64,000 bases of DNA from Octopus vulgaris (taxonomy: Eukaryota): positions 83,204,001-83,268,000 of the forward strand of contig OX597831.1 of the NCBI GenBank assembly GCA_951406725.2. The letters run 5' to 3'. The notes below the pieces were generated by a model. That model was not told the origin of the DNA. It made no database searches and worked only from the letters and a program-made list of their open reading frames with translations. Below are positions 25,064 to 38,140 of the stretch, piece after piece. The position numbers and the translations under genes are program-made. Each line of letters opens with the position of its first letter. Position 1 is the first letter of the stretch.

Positions 25064-26041
25064 TATCATCCTCATCATTATTATTTATCAAAATAATGTT
25101 TATGCTATTTCAATGTGAACCTTGTATCATCAGAAGATGGAACAGATGTGCTGCCAACTGGTCAGACTTTGCAACATCTGAAAGCCAACATCTTGTTATT
25201 TTAAAGATTATCATCTCTTTAGGATATTTATTTATAAATCTACTTTGAAGATCTTTTGCGTGTGTGTGTGTGTGTAAAATGGAGTCTTAGGGCTGAATAT
25301 ATATTTATACATGCATGCAAGTTAATGGTGTGTATATTAGTGTATGCATGTGTGTGAATTTTCGTAGTGTATATTAGTACACTCGTAGCAGAGATGCTGA
25401 GTGCAACAAAATAAGGAACACCCTCTCTTTCTCTCCCACCCCTCTCTCTTGCCCTTTTAAGGCTAGTGTATATAGGGGAAACCTCAGCCCCTAAAACTGT
25501 GATAAACAGTTACCAAGTTAACAATATAATTGAGTGGAATCTGTGAAAGAATATCAAGATGTTTTTAACAAACCATTTACAATGAATGTAGCTGTTACAG
25601 CCTCAACAAACACACCAACAATCAGAGTCAAAGAGATTCCACCAACAAATGCCGTCATTTTTTCTGGTTATCCACAATTATTCCTCGTTAACAATGGCAG
25701 TTTTAAATGGTAAATCTCCAGAAAACTGTTCTAAATCTACCAAGTTAATAACACTGATGTTGAGTGATTACTAAATACAATTCTCTGGCTTTAGATTGAA
25801 ACAATCCAGTTCCTAAGGTTGAACAAATAGAACAAAAAACAACAATGAAAAAATTGAAAAAGAGAGATAAAAATCAATACTTATATTTGTAGACATAAAT
25901 ATATCTTACATACAAATGATAAGTATCATATTTATATTTATATATGTATAAATGTGTGTGTGTGCGTATGTATTGTTGATGTTCTGAGAATAAAGCATTT
26001 AAATATTGGTTTGAAAACCCTTTCGAATCGAAAAAGTCAAA

Positions 26042-26113
26042 GGCTGCCCCTGGGATTCGAACCTCCATTTCCTGTAGACATGACTAGCATTCTACCATTG
26101 GACCAAAACATCC
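26042..26113 (-). pseudogene. tRNA-like sequence (tRNA pseudogene or solitary SINE head)
   Basis: 72 nt; A-box TGGTCCAATGG, B-box GGTTCGAATCC, partially pairing ends GGATGTT/GGCAGCC; anticodon arm degenerate. Confidence 0.55.
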
Positions 26114-26244
26114 TTTCAAAATTCGGTACCCATTTTAGAATTGTTGTTGAAGTCATGAATTTCTCAGCTTTCAAAACATGGAATAATTGTTTTGAAATTG
26201 GATCTTGAAGAGCAAATAAACTTCTGAACCATTTGACCATACTG

Positions 26245-26375
26245 ATCATCATCATCATCATCATCATTACTTAACGTCTGTTGTCCATACTGGCATGGGT
26301 TGGACAGTCTGACCAGGGCTGGCAAGCTGAGAGGCCACACCAGACTTCAATCTGGTTTGGTATGGTTTCTACGGT
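26245..26375 (-). mobile_element. Repeat family D fragment
   Basis: (CAT)n then AACGTCTGTTGTCCATACTGGCATGGGTTGGACAG, as at 34637 and 53970. Confidence 0.75.
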
Positions 26376-26904
26376 TACCTCCAATATATATCTTTTATCT
26401 TTTCTTTTACTGTACCAAATCCACTCACAAGGTATTGGTTAGCCTGAGGTTGTAGTAGAAGACACTTGCCCAGGGTGCCACACAGAGGGGCTGAACCTGA
26501 AACCACATAGCCTACACCTTTACATACATATATGTATGAGAGACAGACAGACAGACAGATGGACATAGGTCAGTGGGTGGGTACTCATTTCATCTGTTGC
26601 AAAGTCTGATGGCCAGGAAATTAAATCAAACAAAATGATAATATTTCTCGATTCTCCATAGATTATTTATTTTAGCTGCCAACATTCTGTTCCATATATT
26701 CGATGGCTGACAATAGCTCTGTTTAATTTAATATCACAGTTAGGACTGAACAGTTTTCACAGCCAACCATTTGATAATTTCCTATTTGTTTAACAAAAAT
26801 CAAAAACTCACAACTTGAAGAACTTTATAAAATAATTCCTGATGATTTTTAGCAATAAACCCAGTTTCAGAATTATTGGTTCTGGTACCACTAAAGTCCA
26901 TAAA

Positions 26905-27097
26905 ATGGCATAGTATCCATTTATCAGAAATTGGGGCTGGTGAAGTTGGAAGAATTCTCTAACAACCACTTCTGAGTCTTTCTGGAGGTACAGTAAGGAG
27001 CTGAACCCTGCAGCTACAAATATAGCCTTCCTGCAGCAACCATTTCCAACCAGGGATTCACCACAGTCTCCAGCAGCTTCACATAGCTGTCTGCATT
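26905..27097 (-). pseudogene. Tc1/mariner-superfamily transposase fragment (second catalytic D region)
   Basis: Manual translation NADSYVKLLETVVNPWLEMVAAGRLYL*LQGSAPYCTSRKTQKWLLENSSNFTSPNF, then MDYY; matches the QQD.AP.H...TQ.WL...P.DY pattern. Confidence 0.75.
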
Positions 27098-27849
27098 CTG
27101 TTAGAAATTAACATCTGAGACAGGGGTAGGGTGGGCCTCAAAATGTAAGATGTGTACCTAAGTAGCAAAATGGTGAAGGAATTAATGGAATTAATGATAT
27201 TATTGTGTCTGGCATGTCAACTGGTTTAGAAAACTGATGCTTCAGTTGAAAAACTGAAAGAAAAGAAGAAGTGGAGATATACTCTCAATTTAATTCCTTA
27301 AAATGAGAGCAATATATAGAAATGTGTTGACGAATGAAGCTATATACCAACCTATTATGTATTATAATGTCAGAAGACTTGGAACAACTCAACAAGAATG
27401 GATCGAGCAAAATCAAGTAGGAATGTAGTATTGTATTGGAATGAAGTGTAAAATTTAATGTAATATTAATGATATTGTTGAAGGAATTCACATGAGAAAA
27501 TCTATTGGTAATGAACAGGTGATGAGAAAGAATGACAAGTGCTAGGTTAAAAGTGTCACAAGATGCTAGAGAGACATTGAAGGCAACAGACGAAATTAAA
27601 TGTTCAAAGTGGTGAAGGTTTATATTTGGTGTGATAAATGATGGTTGCTGAAATACCAGAGACTTTATCAACAATTCTAGATTTTCTGTCAGTTTGAAAT
27701 TTTAAGTATTTCAACACACAGAGAGTTTTTATTTTTTTAAACATAAAAATGAAAAAAAATAAAACTTTAAAATTTATTTATTGTTACATGTATAAAAACA
27801 CAGTTGTGAGGAAATATTCCATATTATAGTTGATACTATAAAAATACCC

Positions 27850-28045
27850 AGAGAGATATTCCACAGATAAATATATTGCACAGATAGATATATATCTTGC
27901 ATAGATAAATATATACCACATAGATAAATAGATATCCACAGATAAATAGATATTCCACAGATAAATATATTGCTGATAGCTAGATGTTATGCATAGATAA
28001 ACAGATATTGCATAGATAGGTTCATATCTTGTAGATAAATTCCAC

Positions 28046-28048
<3 letters not shown>
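27850..28048 (+). repeat. Degenerate minisatellite (CACAGATAAATATAT-like units)
   Basis: About 9 imperfect units of C(A/C)(C/T)AGATAAATA(G/T)AT. Confidence 0.7.
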
Positions 28049-28087
<39 letters not shown>

Positions 28088-28092
<5 letters not shown>

Positions 28093-28210
28093 TGTGATCA
28101 CTGTGACCGACCAGGTTATCAGATGTTGCTACACATCGCTGGTCACAATGCTCTTCGCATTGTTTTAGCCTTCAAATGACGCCACCCCGCTGGCTAAGCG
28201 AGCAGGCCAA
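28088..28210. repeat. Short CpG-rich insert within an (AT)n tract, unclassified
   Basis: About 120 bp of complex sequence bounded on both sides by (AT)n; internal hairpin ACAATGC-TCTTC-GCATTGT. Confidence 0.5.
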
Positions 28211-28966
28211 TATATATATATATATATATACATATATATTCTACAGATAAACTTCAGATATATATATATATATATTGCCTCAGACGAATGAGAGGGTTGA
28301 AAATCTATATGAGCAGGATCTTTAAGGACAAATTTAATAACATGCTGCTTGTGGTTGATCCCTATCTATCATTTCTGCTAAATGCCTTTTTAAATATAAA
28401 ATGTCTCTCCAGGGAATTGAACAACACTGGACTTCTGTGTGAAAGGCAATAGACACTTACCACTATGCCACCATAGAGACTACAAAGTAAAAACGTCGAA
28501 GAATGTTTCAGTGAAATGTTACTTAGTTGGTTAATAGTGAGTAAGTGTATGGTAGATTTAAGCTGGGGTACTTTGGGTGGTACCCCAAGACATAATAACA
28601 CATGAACATTTTTCAGAAAAGTTTAGTTTCTGTATATCAATAGAGAAATGTTGATGATGATGATACTGATGATGAAGAAGAGAAAATTCAAAACCAACTT
28701 CAAAATACAAACCAAGTAACCACCAGCAGTAATCAATTAATGCAATTTAATTTATGGTCCTTGAATAAATCCAATATTCCTAATCCAAGTATTATTATAG
28801 AGATTACAAATGATAATACAAAAAAAAAAGAATTAATATATATAGAAAAAGACTGTTTAAAAACAGCTAAAACAAGAATTTGAAAGAGAAAAAAATGAAG
28901 GAACAGAATGATCAATATATTAGACAAGTTATCAATAGTGGTGGAAAGGAAATCAAATAGACACAC

Positions 28967-29008
<42 letters not shown>

Positions 29009-29385
29009 CACCTGATGGCAAAAGTAGATCCTACTCTATGAATAAACAAAAATCAATCAGCTTCCTCAAGATTATATTTATCTCATATCGGTTAATGACA
29101 ATGTTTGGAATTCAGATGACAAATTTCTGAGAACATTTCAGAAATTCTACAAAAGTTAAGAAAAAGAAAACATTTGAAATGAAGAAAATATAAAATGTAA
29201 AAGATGAAAAAAAGAAAAAGAAAAGCAAGTAATTTTCTATTTGGAACTGAGAATAGCTCAATAATTTATCAATTTTATGTAATTGAAGTGGATCTCAAGT
29301 GTTAGGAAACTGTGAGTTGAGTCAATAAACTTTTTAAGTGGAATTCCTAAAGATGATAATGATGATGATGATGATGATGATAATC

Positions 29386-29437
<52 letters not shown>

Positions 29438-29983
29438 ATATAATGATGCAGTGCCAGGCAGTGGCTCTCATGGCTTTTGATCTTAACTGATTGGAACTGT
29501 TATCATGTACATTGTTTTGTCTTGGTATAAAAGATGGGCTACAGCAAATATTCTGCTCAATACCACAGATTTGCTTGTCAGGTGTTTGACCGTAACCAGT
29601 TGAGCATGTCCCTTAGTGGCTGACGATATGTGCGTTTCTGATCACGAGCAGAGGTAGCGGGGGAGCATCATAGCCAAGTGCTGAGAGGTATTCCTTGGGG
29701 TTTGGATGACTCACCTTTGGAAACATAGGTGGTTTGTTCAACATCTTTAAACAACCCTTATTCAGAGACCTTTTGAGTGGGATGAGCTACTCAACCTGAA
29801 CAAAATTCTAACTGGACTCCACCTGCAAGATCATGTGCTGTTTATCTTGATATGAGATTACCATGTCACGCACATATGGTTGTGATGCATGTGCCTGGTG
29901 TACCCTTATCAGACGGGTAGTCTTGATGGGTATACTGGGCTTCATATATTTTACCCCAGTGTCACTTTGATGGCATGTGCTGT

Positions 29984-31895
29984 TCTAGACAAAGTTGTCA
30001 TGAAGAACTGTAAACAGTACCAAAAAAGCTTGCATACAGCCTGGATAGACTTTAAAAAGGCTTATGACCTGTTGCTGCATTTGTGGATTTTGGAAACACT
30101 TGACATGTGTGGAATAGCTGAGAACGTGTGTGCACTGATCAAGAACAGTATGCTGAGTTGGAAAACACCTCTTTTCTGTAACAACCAGCACTTAGCTGAG
30201 GTATCAATCAAAAGAAGTATCTTCCAGAGAGATTCTTGTTCATCTTTGTTATTTGTTATAGCCTTGGTCCAACTTTCTGTAGTCCTATGCAAAAACAGTG
30301 CGCACTATGAACTGAGAAAGAATGGACATCATCTTGACGACCTTCTCTTCATGGATGATTTAAAACTATTCGCAAAAACAGAGCCTGAAATGGAGAGGCT
30401 GGTTGAAACTGTACAGATATGCAACAAAGATATAGGGATGGAATTTGTTGTCTCGAAGTGAGTAGTGCTCACTTTGAAATGGGGGAAAAGAGCAGATTGT
30501 AAGGGCATAGAATTGCCAAATGGAGAGAGAATGGAAGACCCAGATGATGATGGGTACAAGTACCTTGGGATCCTGGAGCTGGACAATATTTTGCACAGAG
30601 AAATGAAAGACAAAGTCATCATTGCATATTTGAAGTACCTCAAACTTCTCTTGAAATTAATGATCAACTCAAGGAACCTTGTAATTGCCATCAACATATG
30701 GGCTGTTGCTGTAGTCTGCTAAAGTGCCCCCATCTCGAAATGGACATGAGCGAAGATTGACCAACTCAATCACACAACCTGAAAGACAATGACATTGTAT
30801 GGTGCTCTCCACCCTAAGGTGAACATACACAGGCTCTACACGAAAAGGTGTAAAGGTGGACGTAGGCTGATTAGCATACGAGAGTGCATCAACAGCGAAA
30901 GAAGAAATATGGCAGAGTATTTTGTAAATAGCAAAGAAGACCTGCTACAGTATGCTGCTAATGCAGAAAGATTTGCCAAAAATGGACTTGAGAGGGCTGA
31001 ATATCCAATGAGAGAGAAGAAACTCTACTCCGCATGGAATTACAAGGTGAGTCCCACCATGAAACTAACAACTTAAAAGACCTGGAAGAAGCATCATGGA
31101 GGTGGCTCAGCAAGGGTGAGCTAAAAAAAGAAGACTGGAAACCTAGTCATTGCTGCTTAGGATCAGGCATTGAATACCGACTCAGTAAAAAGAGATATAT
31201 ACCACACAAGGGCAACGAACCTCTGAAGAATGTGTGGGAAGATGGTTGAAAGCATGACTCACATTGTTAGTGCTTGTGAAAGTCTCGCGCAGAAAGAGTA
31301 CAAGTGTAGACATAAGAAGGTAGCATAAAACCGTCACTGGATACTATGCTGGAAGTATGGATACGAGGTAATTGGTGCTCGGTACCAACATACACCAGAA
31401 AAGGTAATGAACGAAAAGGGAAAGGCAAAAATCCTCTGGGACTTTTCACTTCCAAACAGACAACATGTTAGAGGTATAGTAACCAGATATAGGAACCTTT
31501 AGAAGGAACAAACAAGAGTACCTAATAATCGATGTGGCAGTACCAGGAGATCAACATATTCTCATAAAAGAAAGAGAAAAGATCGATAAATATGGGGACC
31601 CGAGAACTGAGATTACCAAGATGTGGTTAGGGTACAAGAGTCAAATATTAAGGTTGACCCTATTGTCATCTGGAAACTTTAGAAATACCCTACAATCTAG
31701 GTGTATTGTAAAAATTGGCATTACTTGGAACTGCACGCATATCACATAAATTACTGTCTGTCAGAGGTCCTTGTTGTGACTTGACAGACAGTACCATCTC
31801 CTGGTAGACACAATACATTCAATCAACAACATCATGGTATTCAATATTGTGCAATGTCTTAAATAATAATGATAATAATAATTATAATAATAATA
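29984..31895 (+). mobile_element. R4/Dong-like LINE, 5'-truncated: RT + CCHC + RLE, decayed
   Basis: AWIDFKKAYD, SIFQRDSCSSLLF, LLFMDDLKLF, IGMEF, YKYLGI, RLYTKRCKGGR, ILWDF, DVAVPGD, EKIDKY in order across ORFs 29889-31749; ends in (AAT)n. Confidence 0.92.
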
Positions 31896-31929
31896 AGCTA
31901 AGAAAGAATATTGAGTAGAGACAGTGAAC

Positions 31930-33800
31930 ACATCTGAAACATACTGGGACAGTCATAGAGGAAGGGAACACAAAAAGCAGAAAATATTACAGAATCAGTC
32001 CAGCATAACCAGTAAAGAACTGCTCAACACGTTGAATACACACACAGGAAATTGTAAAGAAGCTGGAATTGACAAGGACCCCAAATAATGGTTTAAGTAC
32101 TTGGCCAATATCCAAAGTTTATATGGCCGCAGTATATGGGGAAGCGATAAGCTGAACCCTTAATCAACCCTTAATCAACTGCTTGAGGGGAAAACAACAT
32201 TAAGTGCGACCCCTAAAAATAACAGATTTTCCCAAAATTATAGGTTTATGACATGCTTCACAACAACAAAGAAAGCTTTGACTGTAGAACAGGTTGGTTA
32301 AGCACTCAGAGATTAATATAGTAACATGAGGAACATAAAGGGTACCAAAAGCCAAATAATTATAGAAGGCTGTGAAAAAGTGGGAAACAAACTCTAGCAC
32401 TGACTGGATTGATTACCATAAAGCATTTTGATAACATTCCACACTCCAAGATACTGGAGACTCTTTACATGGGAAAGCAACCCCGATCCTGATAAAAGGC
32501 ATGAGCCATGCCATGTCAGAATGGAAAATAAGCATAATATTCCACTACAAGGCATAGAAGAGATCATTAAAATCAGTTTTGTGTCAATAATAAGAGGAAT
32601 CTTTCATGGAAATTCATTATTTCTTCTATCTTTGGTCTGGCATTGAATCCTTCCACAAATATCATCATCATCATCATCATTATCGTTTAACATGTGTTGG
32701 ATGGCTTGACAGGAACTGCTAAGACCAGGGAGCACACCAGGCTCCATAGTTTGATTTGGCTTGGTTTCTATGGTTACTGGATGCCCTTCCTAATGCCAAC
32801 CACTCCACAGAGTGTACTGGGTGCTTTTTATGTGGCACCAGCACTTTTTTTTTACATGGCACTAGCACCTACACTAATGCACTTTACATGGTACTAGTAC
32901 CTACACCAATGCTCTTTACATGGTACCTTGGTTTTAGGATCTCAGTTCTGTTGTGATGGGTAGCTCTTAAAATCACCATTAAGTATAAATATAGCACATA
33001 AACTAGAAAACTTCTTCTTTATATGGATGGCTTGAAAACATCAAAAAGGAATAACACCCAGTTAGAAAAGTTACTAAAATTTGTTCAATTAAGAATTAAG
33101 AATGAGTATTGGTGGAGAGAAATGTACCGAAAATACTTGAAACAGATTAATTGAAACAGAGAACAACAGAGACAGCAAAATCAAAGAATTAGACCAGAAA
33201 CGGTCATAGAAATACTTAAGAACTAAATAAGTACAAACTAAGAACTAATTTTTAAAAAATATATATTTAGATAATGAGAAAACAACAGAAATTGTTAAAC
33301 ACGGAAAAGACAAAATTTAAACAGAATTCCAAGATATCCCCCCCAAAAAAACCTTGAGAGAAAAACTTGTACATGGCCAAGATTCTGCAAGAATCAAGGA
33401 AGGTGTTGGAGGAGAGCGAAAACTGAAAATTACTCAAAAGTTCTAGGTTAAAAGCAGAAAAAGATATTTGATTCAAGCCACACAGACAGAATGTCACACC
33501 ACAAACTCGAAAAATAAAATAATGAAGACATCAAGTGAAAATTATACAATGATATGATTGACCCCCATCATGTCTAACTGTCTAGGGGGCATGTCTGCAA
33601 ATATGGTAAAACCAGTGGCTATGTCCACTGGGCAATAATATGGCAACATATCAAAAGAATCAACAAGTGGCATAAACTCTACATTACAAGAACCTAATCT
33701 CAATTATCTGGGACAGGCCCAGCTGGAACAGCAAAAGATCAAAGCAATAATCAATGCCAGAGAAAAATTGTGATTCTCTTTAATAATAATAATAATAATA
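31930..33800 (+). mobile_element. Older R4/Dong-like LINE remnant interrupted by a family D repeat
   Basis: WIDYHKAF.NIPH (about 32405), RGIFHGNSL (about 32594), YMDGLK (about 33020); ends at (AAT)n. Confidence 0.65.
32660..32950 (-). mobile_element. Repeat family D with internal 32-bp tandem units
   Basis: (CAT)n, GGATGCCCTTCCTAATGCCAACCACTCC, then TTTACATGG.ACTAG.ACCTACAC.AATGC repeated. Confidence 0.75.
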
Positions 33801-33819
33801 ATGATGATGATAATTGTTT

Positions 33820-34143
33820 GTTATTTAGACACAAGGCCAATAATTTTAAGGGGGTTAGTTGATATCAATTCCAGCACTGACTCATAATTTATTTTACCAA
33901 CACCAGAGGGATGAATGGCAAAGCTGAGCTGAGTGGGATTTGAACTCAAAACATAAAGAGTAGGCGCAAGAGTGTCTGTGTGGTAAGTAGCTTGCCTACC
34001 AGCCACATGGTTCTGGGTTCAGTCCCACTGTGTGGCACCTTGGGCAAGGGTCTTCTACTATAGCCTCAGGCTGACCAAAGCCTTGTGAGTGGATTTGGGA
34101 GTTGGAAACTGAAAGAAGCCTCTTGTATATATGTATATGTATG

Positions 34144-34176
<33 letters not shown>

Positions 34177-34400
34177 TTGTCCCCCCAACATTGCTTGACA
34201 ACCGATGCTGGCAGTTCGGCAAAAGAGACCGATAGAATAAGTACTAGGCTTACAAAGAATAAGTCCTGGGGTTGATTTGTTCAACTAAAGGCGGTGCTCC
34301 AGCATGGCCACAGTCAAATGACTGAAACAAGTAAAAGAGTAAAAGAGAGTCAAAACAAATGCAGCTAGACATTTTGTTCAATTTAACGAAGCCACCAAAT
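33820..34400 (-). mobile_element. SINE family B interrupted by a family A SINE
   Basis: Family B body at 33820-33961; head remnant resumes after 34349. Confidence 0.6.
33963..34349 (+). mobile_element. SINE family A
   Basis: High similarity to 11496-11900 with a short internal deletion; AGAGT on both flanks. Confidence 0.92.
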
Positions 34401-34636
34401 TGCTTCTAAGATGTGAGGGGAAGTAATAAAAGTGGATTAAATTAACCCCAGAAGTTCAACCGACCCTCGGCTATTGACAAGAGGCAAAGAAGGACCATCA
34501 AAGATATTCACAAATATTTTATTGACGCTCGGCAAAAATGAAAATTTTATGAGTTGATCTTCATAGAATTTAAACTCAAAATCTAAAGGAACAAAACTAA
34601 TTAATTAGTACAAGTTAATTAATCAACTGACCTGCC

Positions 34637-35285
34637 ATCATCATCATCATTATCCTTTGACGTCTGTTGTCCATGCTGGCATGGGTTGGACAGTTTGACC
34701 AGGGCTGGTAAGCTGAAGGGCTGTCACAAACACCAGTCTGATTTGGCATGGTTTCTATGACTGGAAGCCGTTCCTAATGCCAACCACTCCAAGAGTGTAA
34801 CAGGTGCTTTTACGTGCCATCAGCATAGGTTCCAGTTGCATGGCACCAGTCTCTGCCACAACTACGATTTCACTTGGTTTGATGGGTCTTCTTCTCAAGC
34901 ATGGCACATTACTGATGGTCTTGGTCGTTTGTCATTGCCTCTGTGAAGCCCAGCGCTTGAAAGGATTTTTTTACATGCCACCAGCACAGGTGCTAGTTAC
35001 ACAACATTAGTACCGGTTACATTGCCTCTGTGAGGCCCAATGCTCAAAAAGGTGCCCTTACGTGACACTGGCATTGGCCGTGACTATGTATTCACTTGGC
35101 TTGACGGGTCTTCTCAAGTGTGGCAAAACATCAAAGGTTTCAGTCACTAGTCATTACCTCCATGAGACCCAACATTCGAAGATCATGCTTCACCGCCTTC
35201 TCCCATGTCTTCTTGGGTCTACCCTTTCAACATGTTCCCTCCACAATTAGAGATTGACACTTCTTTACACAGCTGTCCTCATCCA
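34637..35285 (-). mobile_element. Repeat family D, long copy with internal tandem repeats running into RTE-like ORF end
   Basis: Family D tail, repeated TGCCTCTGTGA.GCCCA and TTCACTTGG.TTGA.GGGTCTTC units, then minus-strand G..GRPKKTWE-like sequence at about 35195-35245. Confidence 0.7.
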
Positions 35286-37413
35286 ATATTTGCTAATTTT
35301 TAGCATTGTCATACTTTACAGGAGTTGTACAAGTGAAGTATGGTCTCTGTCAAGATAAAGCAGTTGATCCAATCAGCAGAACAACCAGCTCATGAAATGC
35401 AAGTGGTGGAGCAGTCTACAGACGTGTGGACCCTTGATAGAGATGGCTCGTTGAAATACAGATACAACTCATTTTTGCCAGGTGAGTGGACTGAAGCAAA
35501 ATGATCTAACCACTGAGCCATGCCCATTCACATCTGTGGATAGGAAGTTACTCAAATGATGGCAACTCATCCAACCCATACCAGCACGGTAAAGTGAGCA
35601 TAAAATGATGATGATGATGGTGGTGGTGGTGGTGGTAATAAACCAGTAATACTATGAGTGCCAATTGACATTTAGTATATCACTGGTGCTTATTTTATTG
35701 ACCCTGGAGAAATGAAAAGCAATACTGAGCTTAGATTTAAACCCAGAATGTAACGGAATAAAACTAAACATGTTTTGGTATTTGGTCCACCAATCCACCA
35801 CAAGAACAACAACATCAAGATACAAAGAGAGGAAAAAGAAAACAGAAAAGGTTTCTGAGGTGACAGATTGATTTCTGTAAAAAATCAAAAGTTGAAAATT
35901 ATAAATTGTATAAAATTGCAGGTAAATAAATGTTCCTCTCAGAGAAATGTAGAAAGTTTTCAAAAGACTCTTGAAGTCATTTGAAATGAGTGTTTTACTG
36001 TTATGAGCAGAAAGGAATTCCTTAAGAGAACAAAATGATTGTTAGTTTGTGAATTAAGGGGGAAACAGGAAAAAAACCCCCCAACTAGAATAGAATTTGA
36101 AGTCAATAATTTCACACAAGCACCATTGATTAATCTGATACAATTGATAATCAATGATCAGCGATGGGAGTAGTTTTTTGTTTTTTTATATTAATAGACA
36201 AGTGAATAGATTAATGCCGGGACAGAAAAATAAAACAAGGGAAAAATAAAAATGAATAGTTTAATTATAAATTAATAATTAAATTTTCTACTCCAAGCAA
36301 TTAATTTTAGTCTTTTTCTCTTACTCATTCAACACCACATACATGCTCACAAGTAGTTTTACTTCAAAGAACTTTCCATCGAAGATAGCATCAGCTTTTA
36401 ATGTTACATAAGATTTAAGGTGGCAGTCAGGCTAAATTTAGAAACCAAAATCTTAGACTTACTAAATTACAAGGGTATTTATATTGTTCAGACACACTTT
36501 ACAGACATTAAATGGCTGTTTTGCTCTTTCTATTTTGTAACCTAAAACAAGTTTCTACCTCAAGTAACTCTTAAAGTCAAATGCATGTCAAAGAATTTGG
36601 TCTTAGAAAATATCCCGTTTTCACACTTGAACACACATTTAGTAAATAAAATCATAAATTTCAACATTTTATAGAAAAAAAGTTACAATTGTTTATTCCT
36701 TAAAGTGTTAACAAGGGTGACAAACTGAGGTGTGAATCAGTCCTTACTGCTTCACTAAACCTAGAATAATGAAAAACTCAGGTTCTGAAGTCAGTGTTAG
36801 AAAGAAAAGAGTGAATATTCTAAGAAGCACTACCATTTCTAGTAAATTGAGGTCTTGCACTGATTTGGCATCGACCCCAGGTGTTTATTTTAAAGTGATT
36901 CAGTTTGAACTCATTATGTGGGAGAAACAGCACGAAAATGCTATAAATTACAGTCAATTTATTGAGCTTCAGAAAAAAAATCAATTTGGTGTTTATTGTG
37001 TTTCTACTGCAAAAATTAAAACTTATTAAATATAACTTTCAGCTTGATTTGTTCGTTATTAACACTCAGATGGAAATATTCAAACAAGGAAGAGTTCAAG
37101 ATGTATTTCAAAACAGCACTGCTAATTCCTGAGCTGTATTAAAGTCGAAAATCAAAGATGGCAGCAGATATCTGGTAAATTCATTGCAAGAGATTTACAT
37201 CACTGCTAATACACTGCCAATGTGTCATTGGTAAATTCATCACCAAACCAAATTCATTGTTAATAGAATCGTTGTCAGACATTTTATCCACAGTACTAAA
37301 CATTATTTCAAATATATGTAGTGACAAAGCTAACCATAATGGCAGCCAGTCGTTACTTCTGGAATACTTTTCAAATTTCACTGCAGACTTACTGAATTTT
37401 AAAAAATGTTTCG

Positions 37414-37462
<49 letters not shown>

Positions 37463-37489
37463 AGAGAGAGAAGGTGAGAGACAGATCAA

Positions 37490-38140
37490 TGAGGAGAATT
37501 CATGAGGAAAAAAGGGTCAATGTAACAGAAGGACCAGTCATCCAAGTTGACAGTAGTGTATGTTTAAATAAAGAGATTAAGGATAGGAAGGCAGCAGGGG
37601 AGGCACCTGGCCCATCAGACATCAATGCTGAGATGCTGAAAATATGTGGCAGGGTGAGATGTGGTCAGTGGTAGTAAATTAGGTAGAAGGATGTCATAGC
37701 CATTGATTAGCCTAGCAGCATCAGTAATAGTACACCAGTCAGTGGAAGTAAGGAAACCAAGAGCACATTCTATGAAGCCTGTGAGCAAAGTGCGACACTG
37801 CACAGACAGGAGATGTGGGTCTTGGATGAGGAGGGTGGGCAAAGGTGAGATAAAAATGAAGCAAACATGCATCACTGGGTGTATAATACAGATGTAGGTA
37901 AGGGACAAGGGGAAAATTAGCTGAGAGAAAAAGTGAAAATCAGAAAAATCAAGAGTGAGGGAGGGAGACTGGTGCTGTATAAGGATGTGTTGTGCACAGG
38001 AAGTAAATGGAACCCCGAAAAAGAGGGAGACTGGAAAGACTTTGAATGAAGTGATGAAGATAGAATTTTTACACCTCACTAAGGTCTGATGGTTTATTTT
38101 GTGGGAGAAGATCTGCTCAACCACATTAGACATGGTAAAA
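37490..38140 (+). mobile_element. RTE-like LINE remnant with large internal deletions
   Basis: GEAPGPSDINAEMLK (KAPG.D.I.AE.LK motif before RT); downstream 3' ORF-like sequence. Confidence 0.55.

Noticed and set aside
37181-37505. Overlapping ORFs on both strands in unique-looking sequence
   Set aside because: No recognisable domain; both run into GT/GA repeats; could be decayed TE.
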